This document shows positions 9,167 through 18,243 of a DNA stretch of 40,034 bases, piece after piece. The notes under the pieces were generated by a model, which worked only from the letters and a program-made list of their open reading frames with translations, was not told the origin of the DNA and did not search any database. Within the stretch, counting starts at the first letter, position 1, and every line of letters begins with the position of its first letter. The translations under genes and the position numbers were made by a program. Origin of the DNA: Candidatus Hydrogenedens sp. (GTDB lineage Bacteria > Hydrogenedentota > Hydrogenedentia > Hydrogenedentales > Hydrogenedentaceae); the NCBI GenBank assembly GCA_049968235.1, contig JBMFRC010000027.1:1-40034 (forward strand), in the 5' to 3' direction.

Positions 9167-10132
9167 TTATGCTGTTTTCCATTGGTGAACTCCCGTAGCA
9201 GGGACAGGGACTTCGTTAAGAATTTCTTTCAATACTGAAGAAACGGTAACTTTCCTTAATCTGCTTTCGGGATTTAGAATAAGCCGATGTTCTAAAACGG
9301 GAAATACAAGGGATTTTACATCATCTGGAATGACATATCCTCTTCCCAATACCGCTACGTATCCCTGACAACAACGAAACAACATCAGGGATGCACGGGG
9401 ACTTGCCCCCAACATGAGATGTGTATGGTCGCGGGTTCTCGCAATAATACGCAACATGTATTCTCTTACTTTGGGGTGGATGAAAATATCCCGTACTTTT
9501 GCCTGCATTTGAATAATGGTCTGTGGGTCTGTTACAGGTTTTAAAGTTTCAATAGGATGAGTTAATCGTAACCGCTCTAACATATCCAGTTCTGCAATCA
9601 TGCCCGGGTAGCCCATGGATATTTTTATCATAAATCGGTCTAACTGGGCTTCGGGGAGGGGGAAGGTTCCTTCGTGTTCTATAGGATTTTGAGTTGCAAA
9701 CACGATAAAAGGTTTGTTCAATATATATGTTTTCCCATCTACGGATACCTGTCCTTCTGCCATTGCTTCCAATAAGGCGGATTGTGTTCGGGGTGTTGCC
9801 CGATTGATTTCGTCTGCAACGACCACTTGATTAAAAATAGGTCCCGGACGAAATTCGAAGTTCTGTGTGGATTGATTAAATATAGAAACACCGGTTACAT
9901 CCGTAGGTAATAAATCTGGCGTGCATTGTATCCGTGTATAGGAACAACCACTCGAGATGGCTAAAGAGCGAGCCAGCATAGTCTTGGCAACACCCGGAAC
10001 ATCTTCCAATAAAATATGTCCCCCTGCTAAAAAAGCACCCAGTGCTGTTCGAACAACATGACTTTTATCCAATATAACTGTCTCGATATTCTGAACTAAA
10101 TCTTTAACAACATCCCGAAATTGTCCCGCCAT
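9167..10132 (-). CDS. MoxR-family AAA+ ATPase
   Basis: Walker A-like LLEDVPGVAKT, Walker B/sensor ADEINRATPRTQSALLEAMAEGQVSV, and a C-terminal MoxR-type lid region. It is about 320 aa, typical of the MoxR/RavA subfamily. Confidence 0.9.
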   Translation of the reverse strand: MAGQFRDVVKDLVQNIETVILDKSHVVRTALGAFLAGGHILLEDVPGVAKTMLARSLAISSGCSYTRIQCTPDLLPTDVTGVSIFNQSTQNFEFRPGPIFNQVVVADEINRATPRTQSALLEAMAEGQVSVDGKTYILNKPFIVFATQNPIEHEGTFPLPEAQLDRFMIKISMGYPGMIAELDMLERLRLTHPIETLKPVTDPQTIIQMQAKVRDIFIHPKVREYMLRIIARTRDHTHLMLGASPRASLMLFRCCQGYVAVLGRGYVIPDDVKSLVFPVLEHRLILNPESRLRKVTVSSVLKEILNEVPVPATGVHQWKTA

Positions 10133-10222
10133 ACAAGTCCTATCTTTGATATTTTATTGCTGAGAATACGTTAAAATGATATTATATATAATATAAAGGT
10201 AAAATAAAAAGATAGGAAAATT

Positions 10223-10975
10223 GTGAACGTTGTTATGAAACGGAATGTTTGCACTATCAGTTTATTCTTTTATACCTCGTTTTGTTTGCTATCTATAGCG
10301 GATACTCTGGCTGCCCGAGGAAAAACCTACCGAGATGTGTATATCATGGAAGGTATTTATTCGTATTATATACTTCTACCGGAAACAGGTACTATCGAAA
10401 GTGTTTTGAAGAAAGATATTGACGGGAAAACGGTGATTTTTGATGAAGCTGAAAAGAGAATGGCTTTAAAAAAGCAGTGGGACATAAAAAAGACAATTCC
10501 TATGAAATTATCAGGAGAAGAAAAAGAAATATTGGATAAAAAAGTGTGTGAGGATTCTCTTATAAAATCTGAACCCAGACAGTCCGCGTTTGTTTTGAAA
10601 AAGAAAGGGAACGCTTCACAAAATTTTGCTTCGGATAGTATTTATTCTTTTCAAAGAGGAGATATAGCCTATACGATGCCCGGAACTCCTTATTATTCCA
10701 ATAGTTCTCCTCGCAGAACAGATAATCGTGCATATGGAGTTTATAGTTCACAAAATATGGATAATCTTCCGAAAGTGGTGTTGCGAAATCCGCCTGTTGC
10801 AGGTTTGGGAAGGATGCCTATGGGTTATGGTGGTGGAATGGGTATGTATAACGATGTAACAGTTATTAGTAATATATCGGACCTGTTTTCAACTATAGAT
10901 GACCGTCTTGTTGGGGAGTTCGGCCCCCTTCGATTAGTTCCTTCGTCTGTGAATTCATTGGATAGTCGTAGATAA
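10223..10975 (+). CDS. Secreted hypothetical protein with a Gly/Met-rich C-terminal region
   Basis: N-terminal signal-like hydrophobic segment. There is a low-complexity GLGRMPMGYGGGMGMYND tract. I recognise no family. Confidence 0.4.
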   Translation: MNVVMKRNVCTISLFFYTSFCLLSIADTLAARGKTYRDVYIMEGIYSYYILLPETGTIESVLKKDIDGKTVIFDEAEKRMALKKQWDIKKTIPMKLSGEEKEILDKKVCEDSLIKSEPRQSAFVLKKKGNASQNFASDSIYSFQRGDIAYTMPGTPYYSNSSPRRTDNRAYGVYSSQNMDNLPKVVLRNPPVAGLGRMPMGYGGGMGMYNDVTVISNISDLFSTIDDRLVGEFGPLRLVPSSVNSLDSRR

Positions 10976-11042
10976 TAAACTTAAGGGCTAAGACGGTTAT
11001 AACATTTTATTAGAGGCAACTTTGTTCAAAAAAAATTATCTG

Positions 11043-12827
11043 CTATTTGGGCGATGAACTGAATAGTTTGTTCAGTATGAAAGGCTCTTGAGGTGCGAGA
11101 CGGGTTTTCATTTGAATCTGGCTAACTGCGAACCCTATTTGTCGGTTGTCTTTTGAGTTAGGGTCATAATTTTTGGGTATCCATGTATGGGAACGAATAC
11201 CAATCATTATAAAATTTTGTTGTTGTGGAGGTATCTTTACGGAAATTTTCTGAAAACCCTCTTTATCTCCGATTGAGAGTAAAGGTTCATCGTTAATAAA
11301 GATAGTATTATCCGTATGCTTTGCTTGAGGAGGAATATATACATCTAAAATCAGAGTATATTCTTTATCTACCAGGACGGGAACTCTTATTAAGGATTGC
11401 TGTTTTGTCCAACGTTTAGATGTTCCTGGTTTTTTCCACTCGGGAGCGGATTCTGTCCCATGCCAATTTTTAAGGAAATTACGGTCTCCAATACTTCCAA
11501 TGTTCAGTATGTAATTTTTAAGGGCATCTTTTTTAGGTAAATCGGGTGCTGTTTCATTCAAAGCCATTTGTGTTTTTTTACCAGCATAATTGATTACATA
11601 GAGTCCCCCTTCAGCCTGGTTTCCGGTGATAATTGCGGAAGTAACATCTCGACTAATTACAGAGTGGAGCAAACCTAAAGAAAAAGTGTTTCCCTGTAGT
11701 ATCATTTTTCCGCGGTCAATCTGTACCGCAGGATGTCCTTTACTATTAATATCCCATTCCCAGAAGTTGGTTCCAATAACGGTCAATTGTGTCTGTCCAC
11801 TTCGATGCCAGATACAACGGTCTAAAGGACCCCAAAAAGCACAATTGTTTAGACTGATTTTCCCATGCCCTGCATCCGGAAGTATTTCTATGCCAGCAGA
11901 GTCTGTGCTTTCCCATCTTCCGACAAATTCTCCATTGGTTATTAATAAACCAAAAGGTTGTAAATCCTCAACCAGTACTGCACGGCGACAGCAATCCGCC
12001 CCAATCCCTAAAAAACTGCCATTACAGGCACCATTTTTCGTTTTTGAGAATTTATATCCTACACCATAACCGAAACAAAAAGTATGAGTGACATATTGCC
12101 AATCTGTTCGGGCAAATTCAAAAGCAGTACCATTCTCATTTATCCAGAGGCAATACGGGTCATTCGGTTGGTAGGTAACGCCAAAGGGCCAAAAATGGCA
12201 GTTTTCAACACGAGAAATATCATAACATGCGTCAATGTATAATCCGCGAAATGATGGGTAGCCAAAAACATTCCGAATCATCATTCGGGCAGAGTCTTGA
12301 AAATGGAGTGCTTCATAGGGATTTATAATACAGCAATCATAAACTGCTACATCCGTTGTCCCTTTTGAATAAACTGCAGGTGGATAAGGGATAGGAGGAA
12401 CCGTATCTTTCGACCATTCGGGGTAGGATATGATAAATCCCGCTAATGTAGCATTATTACCAGCAAGGGTAATAAAAGGTTCTGCCTCCGGTTGGTTTCT
12501 CCCTGCATATGCATGCAGAACAGAACCCACCAAATTAGGCTTATTAGGATAATGAGAAGTGGGAGGTGTCCGAAATGTCCCCTGTAATGTTACTCCTGCG
12601 GGAATGTGTAAATTGCCGAGTATCTTATATGTTCCTGCAGGAACGAGAACAACTCCACCCCCTATTTCACTGGCTTTATCTAACGCCTGTTGAAAAGCCT
12701 GTGTCGCATCTGTAGAATTATCAGTTCTTGCTCCAAAATCGGTTACACTAATAGCGTAGGAGGATTGTGTGTCTGCTTTTATATTTCCTGCTAAAAGAAG
12801 AAATAGGCATATTAAAAAAAATTGCAT
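11043..12827 (-). CDS. Secreted right-handed beta-helix protein of the pectate-lyase superfamily (putative polysaccharide hydrolase or lyase)
   Basis: Signal peptide. The N-terminal motif VTDFGARTDNSTDATQAFQQALDKASEIGGGVVLVPAGTYKI is the hallmark of the Pectate_lyase_3/GH28-GH55-like beta-helix family. The remainder is Cys-, Gly- and Asn-rich, consistent with parallel beta-helix coils. Confidence 0.65.
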   Translation of the reverse strand: MQFFLICLFLLLAGNIKADTQSSYAISVTDFGARTDNSTDATQAFQQALDKASEIGGGVVLVPAGTYKILGNLHIPAGVTLQGTFRTPPTSHYPNKPNLVGSVLHAYAGRNQPEAEPFITLAGNNATLAGFIISYPEWSKDTVPPIPYPPAVYSKGTTDVAVYDCCIINPYEALHFQDSARMMIRNVFGYPSFRGLYIDACYDISRVENCHFWPFGVTYQPNDPYCLWINENGTAFEFARTDWQYVTHTFCFGYGVGYKFSKTKNGACNGSFLGIGADCCRRAVLVEDLQPFGLLITNGEFVGRWESTDSAGIEILPDAGHGKISLNNCAFWGPLDRCIWHRSGQTQLTVIGTNFWEWDINSKGHPAVQIDRGKMILQGNTFSLGLLHSVISRDVTSAIITGNQAEGGLYVINYAGKKTQMALNETAPDLPKKDALKNYILNIGSIGDRNFLKNWHGTESAPEWKKPGTSKRWTKQQSLIRVPVLVDKEYTLILDVYIPPQAKHTDNTIFINDEPLLSIGDKEGFQKISVKIPPQQQNFIMIGIRSHTWIPKNYDPNSKDNRQIGFAVSQIQMKTRLAPQEPFILNKLFSSSPK

Positions 12828-12923
12828 AGTTTTATCCTGTGAATTTTAAGGTTATATTTTCATTTATAACTTACATGTATTATGGATGATATTTCAAATT
12901 TTGTAACAGATATAAAATTGTAT

Positions 12924-12960
12924 AAAAAAACTACGCCCTGCTTAAAAAGGCAGGGCGTAG
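12924..12960 (-). terminator. Rho-independent terminator for the minus-strand gene ending at 12987
   Basis: Perfect 11-bp inverted repeat ctacgccctgc / gcagggcgtag with an 8-nt loop. On the minus strand it is immediately followed by a run of 7 T (complement of aaaaaaa at 12924-12930). Confidence 0.75.
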
Positions 12961-12986
12961 TCCTTCATTAAAAGGCTTTAAATAGA

Positions 12987-15623
12987 TTATTTGACAGGAA
13001 TGGGTATATTTTGGGAATTAGTGGCTGATAACATGGTTTGTGCGTTAACTACAAATCTTCCATTACCGCCTTTTACTAATGGGACAAGAAATTCTTGTGC
13101 GGAACAACGAGAAATTGTCAGAGTGATATAAGCGTGGTGTTGTGTAATAGTCCCAACAGGCAGTTGTTGGAGTAAATCTTTTGGAATGACATGAGACCCA
13201 TCATCATTGAGGGTACAATTGATGACTACTACATTAACTACTGGCTCTTGTTCATTGAAAGTGTAACTTGTTCCGGAGAGAGACACTTCGATAAAACTTC
13301 CGGGAACAGGTGTTTGGGGGGCAGTCCATATTAAGTTCAAATCTTGACTGGGGTCGAAATCAAAAGTTGGTCCATAAACAGAGTTCTGTTTTATTTCTGG
13401 AGAGGTAACTTCTAATGGAGGAGGAATTTGTCCATTTACAGAAAATTCTCCTATATCGAACCCACCGGGCCAGGATGCGGTGAAATTAGGTTGTGTACTT
13501 GTTGTAGAAATTGGGTTTGTATAATCCAGAACAAAAATAGAATACATCCAAGGTTGAACCATACCTAATTCTTGAACATATGTGTCTGACATTCTCAGCA
13601 TATCCACCGATTTATCCACAGACTGGAACATGCCGGGGGCTCCGGGGTCAAGCCCTGACCAATTAATCTGCGGAAGGTTCTGATTTAACTCCTGTTCTTG
13701 TGAGAGGTCATACTGGAAGGTTTGAATAGAACACTGGTCGTTTATTGTGGATATTGGATTTCCCAAGAATGATGCAAAGATTGCTGAGGATGAAATTATG
13801 TATTGGGTTACTTTTGTTAGTAAGTTTTGTTTATTTAAAATTACATTCATAATCCCAACATATGAACCGTCTTTGGGATATTCTACTTTTATGTCTGCAA
13901 CCACACAATCTCCTGCAGGACAAGAAGTATTTACTTGTGTAACAACGGTTACCGGAGGACGACTAATTACATATACTGTAATGGGCATATTCCCAATCGC
14001 CTCAAGGCAATAATGCCCTGACCTGTCCGTAATGGCTTTTGTCCCTGCGGAAGAACGAACGGTCACATTTCCTAAGGGATTCCCATCGCTATCCGTAACT
14101 GTTCCCTGAACGCAGCTATCAAAGCCTGCTGTAATGTCACCTATATTAATACAGTTATCTGTTTCACACGAATTTCCGTTTGTATTTGCATCGACCTCTT
14201 TTTGATATACGGGAATTTGCGAGCCGGACAGATAGACTTCAATGGTGACTTTGGAATTCCCTTTGACATTGACGCAGAAGAAGCCTGTAATGTCGGAATA
14301 AACGACAGTAACCCCATTATAAGAGACACCAATTGCCTTAATGACTGCACCCACTACAGGTTTCCCTTCTTTATCTTTAATATAACCCTGAATACAGGTT
14401 TTATCTGTAATAGGTGCATCACAATTCCACCATGTCAAATGCTGGACAGATGCTTTATAGTATTTATTGCCACCATCATTATAGACCGTTCCTTTACCTG
14501 ACTCTACCCAGACACCCTTTTCTTCATCAAAATACCATAAAGGAACTTCTTCTCCGGCATTGAGGGGAGAATCATCGGGAAGGTCAAGGGTTATTTCACT
14601 CGGGTTATCTGCTTTTGCAGAAGTGTCCAATAAAACTTTTTTTCCGTTTTGTTTAATAGTAAAATCAGCGAGGGCAAAAGACTCTAAGTCAACGCGTTCT
14701 CCTTGTTTTGAGGTGGAGACTCCTTGAAATCCTCCCGGGAAAGCTAAAATATCATTAGGTTGTGAGAAATCCAGAGGAGTTATATATACATCAACAGGTC
14801 CAACTACAAGGTTGCCTAATTCATCAAATACTGAATTGGGGGGTATTTCTATACCGTTCCCTTGCGGGTCTTTAACAGTAGCACCATTTTCAATATTAGG
14901 AACCTCCTGAATTTTGATTTGCTTTACGAGGATAACATTTACGGTTACAGGTAAAATGTTCCCGACTTCAACTTCTACACTGTAAGGGGCATAGCCTTCT
15001 TTTGTAACGGAAAGAACATAGGTACCTTTGGGAACATTTTCTATTATATATAGTCCTGTTTGTTCAGAATATACCTTAAAACTTGTATTTACTAATTCAA
15101 CAGTTGCGTATGCTATAGGATTTGTATTTGTATCGTTTATCCATCCTGTAATGGAGATATTATTTTCGGGTTGTCCTTCAGTTTCTCCTTCAGCGGTTCC
15201 TTCTTGGGTTCCTTCGTGAGTTCCTTCTTGGGTTCCTTCCTGTTGACCTTCCTGTCCTCCACCTACAGTCATATTTACCGTAACAAGTTCCTCACCATCC
15301 TGTGGTGATTTTATTTTTAAAGTATCCGAGTATTGACCCGGTTGTAGTCCTGCACGAGAAACAGTAACAGTTATCGTTTTTTTGTCAGAGGGACCTGTAC
15401 TGGTTCCCGATACAGGGTCCACAGTTAACCAGTTTACTGTTTTGCTAATTTCAAAGTCCATCTTACCTGAAGATGTTTTATTCCAGACTTGAAAAGTCTT
15501 TTGTGTCTCTGTGCTACCAAAATCCAGCGATTTGCTACTAACAATGACCACAGGTTTACAACCTTGTGCTGAAATTAAAATAATGGTAGCCAATAAGATT
15601 ACGAACATTTTTTTGTAATACAT
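12987..15623 (-). CDS. Large secreted or surface protein with an N-terminal BACON-like domain and several CarboxypepD_reg-like beta-sandwich domains
   Basis: Signal peptide. The BACON-like region is FQVWNKTSSGKMDFEISKTVNWLTVDPVSG...ITVTVSRAGL. CarboxypepD_reg-like units include ITGWINDTNTNPIAYATVELVN...GLYIIENVPKGTYVLSVTKEGYAPY, IQGYIKDKEGKPVVGAVIKAIG and VQGTVTDSDGNPLGNVTVRS...SGHYCL. There is a low-complexity (EGTQ)n linker. Confidence 0.6.
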   Translation of the reverse strand: MYYKKMFVILLATIILISAQGCKPVVIVSSKSLDFGSTETQKTFQVWNKTSSGKMDFEISKTVNWLTVDPVSGTSTGPSDKKTITVTVSRAGLQPGQYSDTLKIKSPQDGEELVTVNMTVGGGQEGQQEGTQEGTHEGTQEGTAEGETEGQPENNISITGWINDTNTNPIAYATVELVNTSFKVYSEQTGLYIIENVPKGTYVLSVTKEGYAPYSVEVEVGNILPVTVNVILVKQIKIQEVPNIENGATVKDPQGNGIEIPPNSVFDELGNLVVGPVDVYITPLDFSQPNDILAFPGGFQGVSTSKQGERVDLESFALADFTIKQNGKKVLLDTSAKADNPSEITLDLPDDSPLNAGEEVPLWYFDEEKGVWVESGKGTVYNDGGNKYYKASVQHLTWWNCDAPITDKTCIQGYIKDKEGKPVVGAVIKAIGVSYNGVTVVYSDITGFFCVNVKGNSKVTIEVYLSGSQIPVYQKEVDANTNGNSCETDNCINIGDITAGFDSCVQGTVTDSDGNPLGNVTVRSSAGTKAITDRSGHYCLEAIGNMPITVYVISRPPVTVVTQVNTSCPAGDCVVADIKVEYPKDGSYVGIMNVILNKQNLLTKVTQYIISSSAIFASFLGNPISTINDQCSIQTFQYDLSQEQELNQNLPQINWSGLDPGAPGMFQSVDKSVDMLRMSDTYVQELGMVQPWMYSIFVLDYTNPISTTSTQPNFTASWPGGFDIGEFSVNGQIPPPLEVTSPEIKQNSVYGPTFDFDPSQDLNLIWTAPQTPVPGSFIEVSLSGTSYTFNEQEPVVNVVVINCTLNDDGSHVIPKDLLQQLPVGTITQHHAYITLTISRCSAQEFLVPLVKGGNGRFVVNAQTMLSATNSQNIPIPVK
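15184..15258 (-). repeat. In-frame 12-bp tandem repeat (about 6 units) encoding an (EGTx) acidic linker in the large surface protein
   Basis: Direct tandem units ggttccttcttg / ggttccttcgtg / agttccttcttg / ggttccttcctg / ttgaccttcctg on the plus strand. On the minus strand they encode QEGTQEGTHEGTQEGTAEGETEG. Confidence 0.7.
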
Positions 15624-15821
15624 AACCTTCCACCTAAATTAGAAATTTATAGTTTATGTTTTTTAACTTTCTATATATTACCATATTTTTTAACTTTTAC
15701 ATCCCTTTTTTTAATATTTATAATCGAAAAATGCCCATTATTTTTGTTCCTTTACTATAAATTATGTAAGATATAATAACAAGTTATAAGAAATTTATTA
15801 TGTTTTGCAGGAGTAATAAAT

Positions 15822-16376
15822 ATGATGATTTATTATGTATTTTTTTATGGGGGCGATGTGGTTATCTCGTTACTTGTATTTATTGTTTATATTCTTCTGA
15901 TTATAGGAGCGATAAAGGAATGTCGATGGGTCCGAGGGCGTATTTCACGGATGCAGTTAGAGGGAGCGGTTATAATGTTTTTAGGGACCGTTGCGAAGTG
16001 GATTGTGCTTAATCAATTTTTTGGTTTAGACCGATTGCAAAGTGAGGAATGGACATATTGGTTTAATCGTGGTGAACTTGGTTTGTATTTAGTTGGGCTT
16101 ATTTTGTTTGGCTTGGGTTTCTTTTTATCGCGCAGACCGCGATTGGGTCTTAAACCGTGGGACGCAGGAATAAAAAGGATGACCATGATGAGTTTCCTTA
16201 TAGCATTGGGTTTCGGTATACTATTATGGTTTTATTTATATGCACGCTGGTTTAATTTTTCATGGGAATATGTGCGAGTACTATTCAGTATCGCCTTATA
16301 TCCTTTTGCTATCGGCTACCTGAAACAGGAGCGAAATCCTTCGGTATTGCCTCCGGAGATTAAAGATTTAGTTTAA
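15822..16376 (+). CDS. Hypothetical integral membrane protein
   Basis: A 184-aa ORF with 5-6 predicted TM helices; the start codon is uncertain (several in-frame ATGs between 15800 and 15830). I recognise no family. Confidence 0.35.
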   Translation: MMIYYVFFYGGDVVISLLVFIVYILLIIGAIKECRWVRGRISRMQLEGAVIMFLGTVAKWIVLNQFFGLDRLQSEEWTYWFNRGELGLYLVGLILFGLGFFLSRRPRLGLKPWDAGIKRMTMMSFLIALGFGILLWFYLYARWFNFSWEYVRVLFSIALYPFAIGYLKQERNPSVLPPEIKDLV

Positions 16377-16431
16377 TGCAATTAATTTATTTTTACAACA
16401 AGATAAACTTAAAGGACTTAGGATTCAATAG

Positions 16432-17472
16432 ATGAATGATAAACTTATTATAGGTATGCCCGCAGGTTCTCTGGCAGACCCCAATCGCGGAGGAAATTTA
16501 GTTACTTTATTAAAAAATGCAGGATTTCCCACGAAGGGTTATGACCAGGGGGGACCCACATCCTTCCCTTTACATTCCTTTTTAATAGGTTGGGATGGTA
16601 GACCTCAGGAATTCGGAACGCAATTGTCCATAGGAGAAATAGATCTTGCTATTTCCGGAGATGATTGGGTTTTAGAACGGAAACTGGAATTGAAAACGGA
16701 ATATAATCAAGATTGCCCCTTAAAACGAATTTTATCTCTGGGTCGCGGTGCTGTCCGTCTGGTAATTATTTACAATCCACAATCAGTCTCGTATGATGAG
16801 TGGTTCAGAGATTTATTGAAACAGAAACAATTAGTTACCATGGTTGCAGAGATGCCGTATATTGCATTGGATTGGTTTCAGAAAAAAAGTAAATCATTGG
16901 GGTTGGAAGACAAATTTAAGAAATTTTCCATTCAGAAATTTAAGACACCGCCTCGGATTGACCAGGGAATTGTTATCTATGAAACCTGGGGAAAAACGGA
17001 AGCCAAAGTTTATCAAGGTTCGGTGGATTTTGGATTAGAGATAACACAGTCAGGTTCTGCAATTCGCAATTACGGACTTGAGATAGGAGAAGAGGTATTG
17101 CGTTCGGAATCCGCAGTTTATGTCCGTGAAGATTTGAGGGAACATAAGAATAAGTATGAAATAGCCCGTATGTTCCTGTTGAATTTGTATGGTGCTATGC
17201 ATGCGGAGCGAAGAGTTCTGCTTTTTTTTAATGCTCCTATTGAAGCGATAGAAAAGATAACACAATATCTGAAAGAGAAACATTTATTTGCAGATGAACC
17301 GACAATCAATCGGGGAACTAATTTTGCTGAATTTAGCATTCAGTTGTGTGTAGATGACAAAGAAACTCCTTTAGCACTTGTTCGGTATGAACTTATGTTG
17401 TTAGGTGCCCGTTCGCTGGAAACGGTTCCTCTGGAATCGAGTATCCCGAGTCTGGAAGTGATAGATATATAA
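16432..17472 (+). CDS. hisG: ATP phosphoribosyltransferase (HisG)-family protein, long form with divergent N-terminal half
   Basis: The PRPP-binding loop DFGLEITQSGSAIRNYGLEI aligns with the HisG signature DLVSTGATLEANGL. The N-terminal IIGMPAGSL resembles the HisG IA(L/M)PKGRL motif. The C-terminal roughly 120 aa align with the E. coli HisG regulatory domain (HAERRVLLFFNAPIE vs ARESKYIMMHAPTE). It is about 45 aa longer than canonical HisG. Confidence 0.45.
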   Translation: MNDKLIIGMPAGSLADPNRGGNLVTLLKNAGFPTKGYDQGGPTSFPLHSFLIGWDGRPQEFGTQLSIGEIDLAISGDDWVLERKLELKTEYNQDCPLKRILSLGRGAVRLVIIYNPQSVSYDEWFRDLLKQKQLVTMVAEMPYIALDWFQKKSKSLGLEDKFKKFSIQKFKTPPRIDQGIVIYETWGKTEAKVYQGSVDFGLEITQSGSAIRNYGLEIGEEVLRSESAVYVREDLREHKNKYEIARMFLLNLYGAMHAERRVLLFFNAPIEAIEKITQYLKEKHLFADEPTINRGTNFAEFSIQLCVDDKETPLALVRYELMLLGARSLETVPLESSIPSLEVIDI

Positions 17473-17493
17473 AAAGAGATTTGACATAGGGAA

Positions 17494-18225
17494 TTGCATG
17501 TGAATATATCTAAGATAGAAAGGCTTCCTTCCATTTCTGTGGTTATCCCATGTTACAATGAAGCAGAAAATATTCCATTACTGGTAGAGAGGATAGACCG
17601 TGTTTTTAAGGAAGGATTGATTGGAAACTATGAATGTATTCTGGTGGATGATGGTAGCAATGATTCAACACCTGAGGTTATTGAATCGTTAAAATTTTCT
17701 TATCCTTATCTCGTTTCTATTCGTTTGAAGAAAAATTCGGGGCAATCGTATGCGTTGTGGAAAGGATTAAAAGTTGCACGGGGAAAACATATTGTTATAT
17801 TAGATGGTGACCTACAAAATGACCCGAATGATATTCCCCAGTTGCTTGATAAATTGCAAACAGTAGATTTTGTTCAGGGATATCGGCAGGAACGCAAGGA
17901 TGAATGGCTTCGCACATGGATTAGTAGGCAGGCAAATCGTCTTATTCGTTGGCTTCTGGACAATCCTGTTCGTGATACAGGTTGTGCATTAAAAGCGATG
18001 CATAGAGATTGTATAGAATATATCATTCCGTTTAATGGTTCTCATCGTTATTATGCTTTTTTGGTGCATTCTGCGGGCTTTCATGTCGCTGAAATTCCTG
18101 TATCCCATAATCCACGTAAGTATGGGACCTCCAAATATACAATATCGGGTCGGCTTTTTAAGACATTGTTTGATATTTTAGGACTTTTCTGGTGGAAGAA
18201 AAGGGTGCTTCATAAAGGCGAATAA
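17494..18225 (+). CDS. GT2-family polyprenyl-phosphate glycosyltransferase (dolichyl/undecaprenyl-phosphate mannose or glucose synthase-like)
   Basis: ISVVIPCYNEAENI, ILVDDGSNDST and ILDGDLQNDP (DXD) motifs are typical of DPM1/ArnC/GtrB-like GT2 enzymes. The start is probably TTG at 17494 or GTG at 17500. It lies 21 bp downstream of the hisG-like gene. Confidence 0.8.
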   Translation: MHVNISKIERLPSISVVIPCYNEAENIPLLVERIDRVFKEGLIGNYECILVDDGSNDSTPEVIESLKFSYPYLVSIRLKKNSGQSYALWKGLKVARGKHIVILDGDLQNDPNDIPQLLDKLQTVDFVQGYRQERKDEWLRTWISRQANRLIRWLLDNPVRDTGCALKAMHRDCIEYIIPFNGSHRYYAFLVHSAGFHVAEIPVSHNPRKYGTSKYTISGRLFKTLFDILGLFWWKKRVLHKGE

Positions 18226-18243
18226 ACAGAACCTATCTACTTA

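Noticed and set aside
10157-10192. Sigma70-like promoter (TTGCTG ... TATAAT) in the moxR / 10223 divergent region
   Set aside because: The hexamers are present but the spacing (about 24 bp) is outside the 16-19 bp range. I do not call it, though the region is clearly AT-rich promoter-like.
11626-12069. 147-aa plus-strand ORF inside the beta-helix gene
   Set aside because: It is embedded antisense in a motif-supported 594-aa CDS, with no domain or RBS.
13747-15219. Several plus-strand ORFs (63-99 aa) inside the 878-aa surface-protein gene
   Set aside because: These are antisense shadows of a long, domain-supported minus-strand CDS.
16844-17534. Small ORFs on both strands within the hisG-like gene
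   Set aside because: They overlap a coherent 346-aa CDS with HisG motifs and carry no independent support.
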